64,000 bases of DNA from Laetmonice hystrix. Lineage: Eukaryota. Location of the stretch: the NCBI GenBank assembly GCA_965235115.1, contig OZ249436.1, positions 27,034,001 through 27,098,000 of the forward strand. The letters run 5' to 3'. A program made the position numbers and the translations under genes. Below the pieces are notes generated by a model. It was given only the letters and a program-made list of their open reading frames with translations, did not search any database and was not told the origin of the DNA. Of this stretch, positions 1 through 11,661 are shown piece by piece. Numbering within the stretch: position 1 is the stretch's first letter; the number at the start of each line of letters is the position of its first letter.

Positions 1-629
1 ATGATATGGCTGACTGGCCCTTAGACATTACCCGGACCACTCAGCCAACACCCTCCCTCTTGCCAATCCCCATGATATGGCTGACTGGCCCTTAGACATT
101 ATCCCAAAGCACCCAGCCAACACCCTCCCCCTTCCCAATCCCCATGATATGGCTGACTGGTCCTTAGACATTACCCCGAACCACAGAGCCAACACCCTCC
201 CTCGACCCAATCCCCATGATATGGCTGACTGGCCCTCAGACATTACCCCGAACCACTCACAGCCAACACCCTCCCTCTTCCCAATCCCCATGACATGGCT
301 GACTGGCCCTCAGACAATACCCCGAACCACTCAGCCAACACCCTCCCTCTTCCCAATCCCCATGATATGGCTGACTGGCCCTTAGACATTACCCCGAACC
401 ACTCAGCCAACACCCTCCCACTTCCCAATCCCCATGATATGGCTGACTGGCCCTCAGACATTACCCCGAACCACTCACAGCCAACACCCTCCCTCTTCCC
501 AATCCCCATGATATGGCTGACTGGCCCTTAGACATTACCCCGAACCACTCAGCCAACACCTTCCCCTCTTCCTAATCCCCATGATACGGCTGTCTGGCCC
601 TAAGACATTCCCTCAAACCACTCAACCAA

Positions 630-1250
630 ATTCATCATTGTTGATTTTTACTATAGTCATTCAGTTACAACAAGACAAGAATTATATGTGTGCAGGGGTG
701 GCGTCGTGACACAGTGCAGATATTTCATCTGAAGGGTCAACTCCCACAAACTTTTTTTCATTGTTTTCTTTTGTGATTTTTTGGGTATTTTTCCCCTTTT
801 CTTCTATACTACCACCTCCAACCACCCAGAGTGACGCTCCAGTACAGCGAAATCAAATTAACCTTGATATAAACACCCAGCAGACATATCTCAGTACTGC
901 GACATCCATTACCCACAAACTTTTGTTTCATTTTTTTCTCTTTTGATTTTTTGGGGCTATTTTTCGTTTTTCTTCTATACTACCACCTCCAACCAATCCT
1001 ATATCCCCCTTCCCAATCCCTGACATGACTGATTGGTCTTCAGACATTCCCTCCAAACACTTAGCCGACATCTCATCCCCTTCCCAATCCACATGCTGTG
1101 GCTGTCTGGCCCTCAGACATTACCTCTAACCACACAACCAACACCTTCCCCACACTCACTACCACAGGGTGATGAAACGAATGGGGCCTATTGTGACCCG
1201 GGCCCCAAGGGGAATGACAATGATCATAAATGATGATCAGATGACTCGAT
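630..1250. repeat. Island A copy 1: AT-rich insert A1 (~630-996), two diverged monomers, and ~100-bp insert A2 (~1151-1250)
   Basis: Non-satellite sequence starting ATTCATCATTGTTGATTTTTAC and ending GATGACTCGAT; recurs near-identically 8 times. Confidence 0.92.
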
Positions 1251-4200
1251 TTCCCAACCCCTATAATATGGCTAACTGGCCGTGTGACGTTAACCCTAAC
1301 CACTCAGCCAACACTCCCCCCTCTTTCCAATCCCAATGATATGGTTGACTGGCCCTCAGATGTTACCCCTAACCACTCAGCCAACACCCTTCATGTTCCC
1401 AATCCCCATGATATGGCTGACTGGCCCTCACTCATTACCCCGAACCACTCAGCCAACACCCTCCCTCTACCCAATCCCCATGATATGGCTGACTGGCCCT
1501 TAGACATTACCCCGAACCACTCAACCAACACCCTCCCTCTTCCCAATCCCCATGATATGGCTGACTGGCCCTCAGACATTACCCCGAACCACTCAGCCAA
1601 CAGCCTCCCCCTTCCCAATCCCCATGATATGGCTGACTGGCCCTTAAGACATTACCCCGAACCACCCAGCCAACACCCTCCCTCTTCCCAATCCCCATGA
1701 TATGGCTGACTGGCCCTCAGACATTACCCCGAACCACTCAGCCAACACGCTCCTTCTTCCCAATCCCCATGATATGGCTGAATGTCCCTCACACATTACC
1801 CCGAACCACTCAGCCAACCCCCTCCCTCTTCCCAATCCCCACGATATGGCTGACTGGCCCTTAGACATTACCCGGACCACTCAGCCAACACCCTCCCTCT
1901 TGCCAATCCCCATGATATGGCTGACTGGCCCTTAACATTACCCCGAACCACTCAGCCAACACCTTCCCCCCTTTTTCCAATCCCAATGATATGGTTGACA
2001 GGCCCTGAGATGTTACCCCTAACCACTCAGCCAACATCCTCCCTCTTCCCAATCCCCATGATATGGCTGACTGGCCCTCAGACATTACCCCGAACCACTC
2101 AGCCAACACCCTCCCCTTCCCAATCCCATGATATGGCTGACTGGCCCTTAGACATTATCCCAAACCACCCAGCCAACACCCTCCCTCTTCCCAATCCCCA
2201 TGATATGGCTGACTGGCCCTCACTCATTACCCCGAACCACTCAGCCAACACTCTCCCCCTTCCCAATCCCATGATATGGCTGACTGGCCCTCAGACATTA
2301 CCCCGAACGACTGAGCCAACACGCTCCCTCTTCCCAATCCCCATGATATGGCTGAATGTCCCTCACACATTACCCCGAACCACTCAGCCAACCCCCTCCC
2401 TCTTCCCAATCCCCACGATATGGCTGACTGGCCCTTAGACATTACCCGGACCACTCAGCCAACACCCTCCCTCTTGCCAATCCCCATGATATGGTTGACT
2501 GGCCCTCAGATGTTACCCCTAACCACTCAGCCAACACCCTTCATGTTCCCAATCCCCATGATATGGCTGACTGACCCTCACTCATTACCCCGAACCACTC
2601 AGCCAACCCCCTCCCTCTTCCCAATCCCCACGATATGGCTGACTGGCCCTTAGGCATTACCCGGACCACTCAGCCAACACCCTCCCTCTTGCCAATCCCC
2701 ATGATATGGCTGACTGGCCCTCAGACATTACCCCGAACGAATGAGCCAACACGCTCCCTCTTCCCAATCCCCATGATATGGCTGAATGTCCCTCACACAT
2801 TACCCCGAACCACTCAGCCAACCCCCTCCCTCTTCCCAATCCCCACGATATGGCTGACTGGCCCTTAGGCATTACCCCGAACCACTCAGCCAACACCCTC
2901 CCTCTTCCCAATCCCCATGATATGGCTGACTGGCCCTTAGACATTACCCCGAACCACTCAGCCAACACCTTCCCCCCTCTTTCCAATCCCAATGATATGG
3001 TTGACTGGCCCTCAGATGTTACCCCTAACCACTCAGCCAACACCCTTCATGTTCCCAATCCCCATGATATGGCTGACTGGCCCTCACTCATTACCCCGAA
3101 CCACTCAGCCAACACCCTCCCTCTACCCAATCCCCATGATATGGCTGACTGGCCCTTAGCCATTACCCCGAACCACTCAGCCAACACCCCCCCTCTTCCC
3201 AATCCCCATGATATGGCTGACTGGCCCTCAGACATTACCCCGAACCACTCAGCCAACACCCTCCCTCTTCCCAATCCCCATGATATGGCTGACTGGCCCT
3301 CAGACATTACCCCGAACCACCCAGCCAACACCCTCCCTCTTTCCAATCCCCATGATATGGCTGACTGACCCTCAGACATTACCCCGAACCACTCAGCCAA
3401 CACCCTCCCCTTCCCAATCCCATGATATGGCTGACTGGCCCTTAGACATTATCCCAAACCACCCAGCCAACACCCTCCCTCTTCCCAATCCCCATGATAT
3501 GGCTGACTGTCCCTCAGACATTACCCCGAACCACTCAGCCAACACCCTCCCACTTCCCAATCCCCATGATATGGCTGACTGACCCTCAGACATTACCCCG
3601 AACCACTCAGCCAACACCCTCCCCTTCCCAATCCCATGATATGGCTGACTGGCCCTTAGACATTATCCCAAACCACCCAGCCAACACCCTCCCTCTTCCC
3701 AATCCCCATGATATGGCTGACTGTCCCTCAGACATTACCCCGAACCACTCAGCCAACACCCTTCCACTTCCCAATCCCCATGATATGGCTGACTGGCCCT
3801 TAGACATTACCCGGACCACTCAGCCAACACCCTCCATCTTGCCAATCCCCATGATATGGCTGACTGGCCCTTAGACATTATCCCAAAGCACCCAGCCAAC
3901 ACCCTCCCCCCTTCCCAATCCCCATGATATGGCTGACTGGTCCTCAGACATTACCCCGAACCACAGAGCCAACACCCTCCCTCGACCCAATCCCCATGAT
4001 ATGGCTGACTGGCCCTCAGACATTACCCCGAACCACTCACAGCCAACACCCTCCCTCTTCCCAATCCCCATGACATGGCTGACTGGCCCTCAGACATTAC
4101 CCCGAACCACTCAGCCAACACCCTCCCTCTTCCCAATCCCCATGATATGGCTGACTGGCCCTTAGACATTACCCCGAACCACTCAGCCAACACCTTCCCC

Positions 4201-7200
4201 CCTCTTTCCAATCCCAATGATATGGTTGACTGGCCCTCAGATGTTACCCCTAACCACTCAGCCAACACCCTTCATGTTCCCAATCCCCATGATATGGCTG
4301 ACTGGCCCTCACTCATTACCCCGAACCACTCAGCCAACACCCTCCCTCTACCCAATCCCCATGATATGGCTGACTGGCCCTTAGCCATTACCCCGAACCA
4401 CTCAGCCAACACCCCCCCTCTTCCCAATCCCCATGATATGGCTGACTGGCCCTCAGACATTACCCCGAACCACTCAGCCAACACCCTCCCTCTTCCCAAT
4501 CCCCATGATATGGCTGACTGGCCCTCAGACATTACCCCGAACCACCCAGCCAACACCCTCCCTCTTTCCAATCCCCATGATATGGCTGACTGACCCTCAG
4601 ACATTACCCCGAACCACTCAGCCAACACCCTCCCCTTCCCAATCCCATGATATGGCTGACTGGCCCTTAGACATTATCCCAAACCACCCAGCCAACACCC
4701 CCCCTCTTCCCAATCCCCATGATATGGCTGACTGGCCCTCAGACATTACCCCGAACCACTCAGCCAACACCCTCCCTCTTCCCAATCCCCATGATATGGC
4801 TGACTGTCCCTCAGACATTACCCCGAACCACTCAGCCAACACCCTCCCACTTCCCAATCCCCATGATATGGCTGACTGACCCTCAGACATTACCCCGAAC
4901 CACTCAGCCAACACCCTCCCCTTCCCAATCCCATGATATGGCTGACTGGCCCTTAGACATTATCCCAAACCACCCAGCCAACACCCTCCCTCTTCCCAAT
5001 CCCCATGATATGGCTGACTGTCCCTCAGACATTACCCCGAACCACTCAGCCAACACCCTTCCACTTCCCAATCCCCATGATATGGCTGACTGGCCCTTAG
5101 ACATTACCCGGACCACTCAGCCAACACCCTCCATCTTGCCAATCCCCATGATATGGCTGACTGGCCCTTAGACATTATCCCAAAGCACCCAGCCAACACC
5201 CTCCCCCCTTCCCAATCCCCATGATATGGCTGACTGGTCCTCAGACATTACCCCGAACCACAGAGCCAACACCCTCCCTCGACCCAATCCCCATGATATG
5301 GCTGACTGGCCCTCAGACATTACCCCGAACCACTCACAGCCAACACCCTCCCTCTTCCCAATCCCCATGACATGGCTGACTGGCCCTCAGACATTACCCC
5401 GAACCACTCAGCCAACACCCTCCCTCTTCCCAATCCCCATGATATGGCTGACTGGCCCTTAGACATTACCCCGAACCACTCAGCCAACACCCTCCCACTT
5501 TCCAATCCCCATGATATGGCTGACTGGCCCTTAGACATTACCCCGAAACACTCAGCCAACACCTTCATCCCTTCACAGTCTCCATGATATGGCCGACTGG
5601 CCCTTAGACATTACCCCGAACCACTCAGCCAACACCCTCCCTCTTGCCAATCCCCACGATATGGCTGACTGGCCCTTAGACATTACCCCGAACCACTCAG
5701 CCAACACCCTCCCACTTCCCAATCCCCATGATATGGCTGACTGGCCCTTAGACATTACCCCGAAACACTCAGCCAACACCTTCATCCCTTCACAGTCTCC
5801 ATGATATGGCCGACTGGCCCTTAGACATTACCCCGAACCACTTAGCCAACACCCTCCCTCTTGCCAATCCCCATGATATGGCTGACTGGCCCTTAGACAT
5901 TACCCCGAACCACTCAGCCAACACCTTCATCCCTTCACAATCTCCATGATATGGCCGACTGGCCCTTAGACATTACCCCGAACCACTCAGCCAACACCCT
6001 CCCTCTTCCCAATCCCCATGATATGGCTGACTGGCCCTCAGACATTACCCCGAACGACTGAGCCAACACGCTCCCTCTTCCCAATCCCCATGATATGGCT
6101 GAATGTCCCTCACACATTACCCGGACCACTCAGCCAACACCCTCCCTCTTGCCAATCCCCATGATATGGCTGACTGGCCCTCAGACATTACCCCGAACGA
6201 CTGAGCCAACACGCTCCCTCTTCCCAATCCCCATGATATGGCTGAATGTCCCTCACACATTACCCCGAACCACTCAGCCAACCCCCTCCCTCTTCCCAAT
6301 CCCCACGATATGGCTGACTGGCCCTTAGGCATTACCCGGACCACTCAGCCAACACGCTCCCTCTTCCCAATCCCCATGATATGGCTGAATGTCCCTCACA
6401 CATTACCCCGAACCACTCAGCCAACCCCCTCCCTCTTCCCAATCCCCACGATATGGCTGACTGGCCCTTAGGCATTACCCGGACCACTCAGCCAACACCC
6501 TCCCTCTTGCCAATCCCCATGATATGGCTGACTGGCCCTTAGACATTACCCCGAACCACTCAGCCAACACCTTCCCCCCTCTTTCCAATCCCAATGATAT
6601 GGTTGACTGGCCCGCAGATGTTACCCCTAACCACTCAGCCAACACCCTTCATGTTCCCAATCCCCATGATATGGCTGACTGGCCCTCACTCACTACCCCG
6701 AACCACTCAGCCAACACCCTCCCTCTACCCAATCCCCATGATATGGCTGACTGGCCCTTAGACATTACCCCGAACCACTCAGCCAACACCCTCCCTCTTC
6801 CCAATCCCCATGATATGGCTGACTGGCCCTTAGACATTACCCCGAACCACTCAGCCAACACCCTCCCTCTTCCCAATCCCCAAGATATGGCTGACTGGCC
6901 CTCAGACATTACTCCGAACCACCCACCCAACACCCTCCCTCTTTCCAATCCCCATGATATGGCTGACTGACCCCCAGACATTACCCCGAACCACTCAGCC
7001 AACACCCTCCCCCTTCCCAATCCCCATGATATGGCTGACTGGCCCTTAGACATTATCCCAAACCACCCAGCCAACACCCTCCCTCTTCCCAATCCCCATG
7101 ATATGGCTGACTGTCCCTCAGACATTACCCCGAACCACTCAGCCAACACCCTCCCTCTTCCCAATCCCCATGATATGGCTGACTGGACCACAGACATTAC

Positions 7201-7206
7201 CCCGAA

Positions 7207-7668
7207 TAGCCGGGTCCCCAGCTCTATATTAACTTCGTATATAGAGCCTGGCGTAGGCCAATCGAAGCGAGCATTGTGATTGGCCCATCGAAAACATGGA
7301 CGCAAACGAGGTATAGTTCCGTACCCTCCGTATTTCTCCAACAAGACACAAATATTTTCATCAATCCCTTTAAAATACAAGTGTTAAATGTCCTCGCTTT
7401 TCTGGATGTAAACATAGCGTCAGCAGTCCCACCACCTGCTACGGTCTGCATACGCAGGGGCATGTTGCTATTGTTGGCCACTCCCGGCCACGCTCCAAGC
7501 AGAAGTCAATCACTCTGTTAACGCTGACCAACGGACCGGAGGCGGAAGTGATTAGCTCCGAGGCGGAAGTGCTTGGAGATCACCACTTCCGTTTTACAGC
7601 TTTCTGTTAGCCATCACCGGGCCTAACATCAAGCGGATGCGTATGGTAAGGCGGCGGGGACCAGGCTA
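7207..7668. mobile_element. Island B copy 1: 462-bp non-autonomous TIR DNA transposon (MITE-like; possibly AcademH- or Mutator-type)
   Basis: Left end TAGCCGGGTCCCC; right end GGGGACCAGGCTA (reverse complement TAGCCTGGTCCCC, 12/13 match). Flanked by the direct repeat TACCCCGAA at 7198-7206 and 7669-7677. No transposase ORF. Confidence 0.9.
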
Positions 7669-7834
7669 TACCCCGAACAACTCAACCAACACCCTCCCTC
7701 TTCCCAATCCCCATGATATGGCTGACTGGCCCTTAGACATTACCCCGAACCACTCAGCCAACACCTTCCCCTCTTCCTAATCCCCATGATACGGCTGTCT
7801 GGCCCTAAGACATTCCCTCAAACCACTCAACCAA

Positions 7835-8455
7835 ATTCATCATTGTTGATTTTTACTATAGTCATTCAGTTACAACAAGACAAGAATTATATGTGTGCAG
7901 GGGTGGCGTCGTGACACAGTGCAGATATTTCATCTGAAGGGTCAACTCCCACAAACTTTTTTTCACTGTTTTCTTTTGTGATTTTTTGGGTATTTTTCCC
8001 CTTTTCTTCTATACTACCACCTCCAACCACCCAGAGTGACGCTCCAGTACAGCGAAATCAAATTAACCTTGATATAAACACCCAGCAGACATATCTCAGT
8101 ACTGCGACATCCATTACCCACAAACTTTTGTTTCATTTTTTTCTCTTTTGATTTTTTGGGGCTATTTTTCGTTTTTCTTCTATACTACCACCTCCAACCA
8201 ATCCTATATCCCCCTTCCCAATCCCTGACATGACTGATTGGTCTTCAGACATTCCCTCCAAACACTTAGCCGACATCTCATCCCCTTCCCAATCCACATG
8301 CTGTGGCTGTCTGGCCCTCAGACATTACCTCTAACCACACAACCAACACCTTCCCCACACTCACTCCCACAGGGTGATGAAACGAATGGGGCCTATTGTG
8401 ACCCGGGCCCCAAGGGGAATGACAATGATCATAAATGATGATAAGATGACTCGAT
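7835..8455. repeat. Island A copy 2 (follows island B copy 1)
   Basis: Near-identical to 630-1250, offset 7205. Confidence 0.92.
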
Positions 8456-11040
8456 TTCCCAACCCCTATAATATGGCTAACTGGCCGTGTGACGTTAACC
8501 CTAACCACTCAGCCAACACCTTCCCCCCTCTTTCCAATCCCAATGATATGGTTGACTGGCCCTCAGATGTTACCCCTAACCACTCAGCCAACACCCTTCA
8601 TGTTCCCAATCCCCATGATATGGCTGACTGGCCCTCACTCATTACCCCGAACCACTCAGCCAACACCCTCCCTCTACCCAATCCCCATGATATGGCTGAC
8701 TGGCCCTTAGACATTACCCCGAACCACTCAACCAACACCCTCCCTCTTCCCAATCCCCATGATATGGCTGACTGGCCCTCAGACATTACCCCGAACCACT
8801 CAGCCAACACCCTCCCTCTTCCCAATCCCCATGATATGGCTGACTGGCCCTCAGACATTACCCCGCACCACCCAGCCAACACCCTCCCTCTTTCCAATCC
8901 CCAGGATATGGCTGACTGACCCTCAGACATTACCCCGAACCACTCAGCCAACACCCTCCCCCTTCCCAATCCCCATGATATGGCTGACTGGCCCTTAGAC
9001 ATTATCCCAAAGCACCCAGCCAACACCATCCCCCTTCCCAATCCCCATGATATGGCTGACTGGTCCTCAGACATTACCCCGAACCACAGAGCCAACACCC
9101 TCCCTCGACCTAATCCCCATGATATGGCTGACTGGCCCTTAGACATTACCCCGAACCACTCAGCCAACACCCTCCCTCTTGCCAATCCCCATGATATGGC
9201 TGACTGGCCCTTAGACATTACCCCGAACCACTCAGCCAACACCTTCCCTCTTCCCAATCCCCATGATATGGCTGACTGGCCCTCAGACATTACCCCGAAC
9301 CACTCAGCCAACAGCCTCCCCCTTCCCAATCCCCATGATATGGCTGACTGGCCCTTAGACATTACCCCGAACCACCCAGCCAACACCCTCCCTCTTCCCA
9401 ATCCCCATGATATGGCTGACTGGCCCTCAGACATTACCCCGAACCACTCAGCCAACACGCTCCTTCTTCCCAATCCCCATGATATGGCTGAATGTCCCTC
9501 ACACATTACCCCGAACCACTCAGCCAACCCCCTCCCTCTTCCCAATCCCCACGATATGGCTGACTGGCCCTTAGACATTACCCGGACCACTCAGCCAACA
9601 CCCTCCCTTTTGCCAATCCCCATGATATGGCTGACTGGCCCTTAGACATTACCCCGAACCACTCAGCCAACACCTTCCCCCCTTTTTCCAATCCCAATGA
9701 TATGGTTGACAGGCCCTGAGATGTTACCCCTAACCACTCAGCCAACATCCTCCCTCTTCCCAATCCCCATGATATGGCTGACTGGCCCTCAGACATTACC
9801 CCGAACCACTCAGCCAACACCCTCCCCTTCCCAATTCCATGATATGGCTGACTGGCCCTTAGACATTATCCCAAACCACCCAGCCAACACCCTCCCTCTT
9901 CCCAATCCCCATGATATGGCTGACTGGCCCTCACTCATTACCCCGAACCACTCAGCCAACACTCTCCCCCTTCCCAATCCCATGATATGGCTGACTGGCC
10001 CTCAGACATTACCCCGAACGACTGAGCCAACACGCTCCCTCTTCCCAATCCCCATGATATGGCTGAATGTCCCTCACACATTACCCCGAACCACTCAGCC
10101 AACCCCCTCCCTCTTCCAAATCCCCACGATATGGCTGACTGGCCCTTAGACATTACCCGGACCACTCAGCCAACACCCTCCCTCTTGCCAATCCCCATGA
10201 TATGGTTGACTGGCCCTCAGATGTTACCCCTAACCACTCAGCCAACACCCTTCATGTTCCCAATCCCCATGATATGGCTGACTGACCCTCACTCATTACC
10301 CCGAACCACTCAGCCAACCCCCTCCCTCTTCCCAATCCCCACGATATGGCTGAGTGGCCCTTAGGCATTACCCGGACCACTCAGCCAACACCCTCCCTCT
10401 TGCCAATCCCCATGATATGGCTGACTGGCCCTCAGACATTACCCCGAACGACTGAGCCAACACGCTCCCTCTTCCCAATCCCCATGATACGGCTGAATGT
10501 CCCTCACACATTACCCCGAACCACTCAGCCAACCCCCTCCCTCTTCCCAATCCCCACGATATGGCTGACTGGCCCTTAGGCATTACCCCGAACCACTCAG
10601 CCAACACCCTCCCTCTTCCCAATCCCCATGATATGGCTGACTGGCCCTTGGACATTACCCCGAACCACTCAGCCAACACCTTCCCCCCTCTTTCCAATCC
10701 CAATGATATGGTTGACTGGCCCTCAGATGTTACCCCTAACCACTCAGCCAACACCCTTCATGTTCCCAATCCCCATGATATGGCTGACTGGCCCTCACTC
10801 ATTACCCCGAACCACTCAGCCAACACCCTCCCTCTACCCAATCCCCATGATATGGCTGACTGGCCCTTAGCCATTACCCCGAACCACTCAGCCAACACCC
10901 TCCCTCTTCCCTATCCCCATGATATGGCTGACTGACCCTCAGACATTACCCCGAACCACTCAGCCAACACCTTCCCCTCTTCCTAATCCCCATGATACGG
11001 CTGTCTGGCCCTAAGACATTCCCTCAAACCACTCAACCAA

Positions 11041-11661
11041 ATTCATCATTGTTGATTTTTACTATAGTCATTCAGTTACAACAAGACAAGAATTATATGT
11101 GTGCAGGGGTGGCGTCGTGACACAGTGCAGATATTTCATCTGAAGGGTCAACTCCCACAAACTTTTTTTCATTTTTTTCTTTTGTGATTTTTTGGGTATT
11201 TTTCCCCTTTTCTTCTATACTACCACCTCCAACCACCCAGAGTGACGCTCCAGTACAGCGAAATCAAATTAACCTTGATATAAACACCCAGCAGACATAT
11301 CTCAGTACTGCGACATCCATTACGCACAAACTTTTGTTTCATTTTTTTTTCTTTTGATTTTTTGGGGCTATTTTTCGTTTTTCTTCTATACTACCACCTC
11401 CAACCAATCCTATATCCCCCTTCCAAATCCCTGACATGACTGATTGGTCTTCAGACATTCCCTCCAAACACTTAGCCGACATCTCATCCCCTTCCCAATC
11501 CACATGCTGTGGCTGTCTGGCCCTCAGACATTACCTCTAACCACACAACCAACACCTTCCCCACACTCACTACCACAGGGTGATGAAACGAATGGGGCCT
11601 ATTGTGACCCGGGCCCCAAGGGGAATGACAATGATCATAAATGATGATCAGATGACTCGAT
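11041..11661. repeat. Island A copy 3
   Basis: Near-identical to 630-1250, offset 10411. Confidence 0.92.

Larger units (their letters stand above)
1310..9139. repeat. ~7.8-kb block duplicated at ~21021-28778
   Basis: Monomer variants occur in the same order at offset 19711, then 19639 after one extra monomer near 4.7 kb. Includes islands B and A. Ends are approximate. Confidence 0.8.

Noticed and set aside
1..72. Hammerhead ribozyme as in newt, cricket or schistosome satellites
   Set aside because: No CUGANGA plus GAAA core on either strand of the monomer. GTGATGAAAC in A2 lacks the required helices.
1..144. Dimer length of 144 bp close to the nucleosome core length
   Set aside because: No consistent alternating dimer structure is visible, so this is a numerical coincidence without chromatin data.
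341..361. Telomere repeat (CCCAAT / occasional CCCTAA)
   Set aside because: Only isolated hexamers occur, with no tandem telomeric tract.
1214..1245. SECIS-like ATGA...AAA...GA hairpin in A2
   Set aside because: Helix and apical loop are too short, the stem is broken in 5 of 8 copies and there is no upstream gene.
761..1303. ORFs in island A (61, 66 and 76 aa)
   Set aside because: They use non-ATG starts, have low-complexity Phe-rich or satellite-derived translations, and the 61-aa start is absent in several copies.
6649..7521. ORFs overlapping island B (243, 85 and 81 aa)
   Set aside because: They are short, overlap on both strands, run across the TIR into satellite and show no recognisable transposase or other domain.
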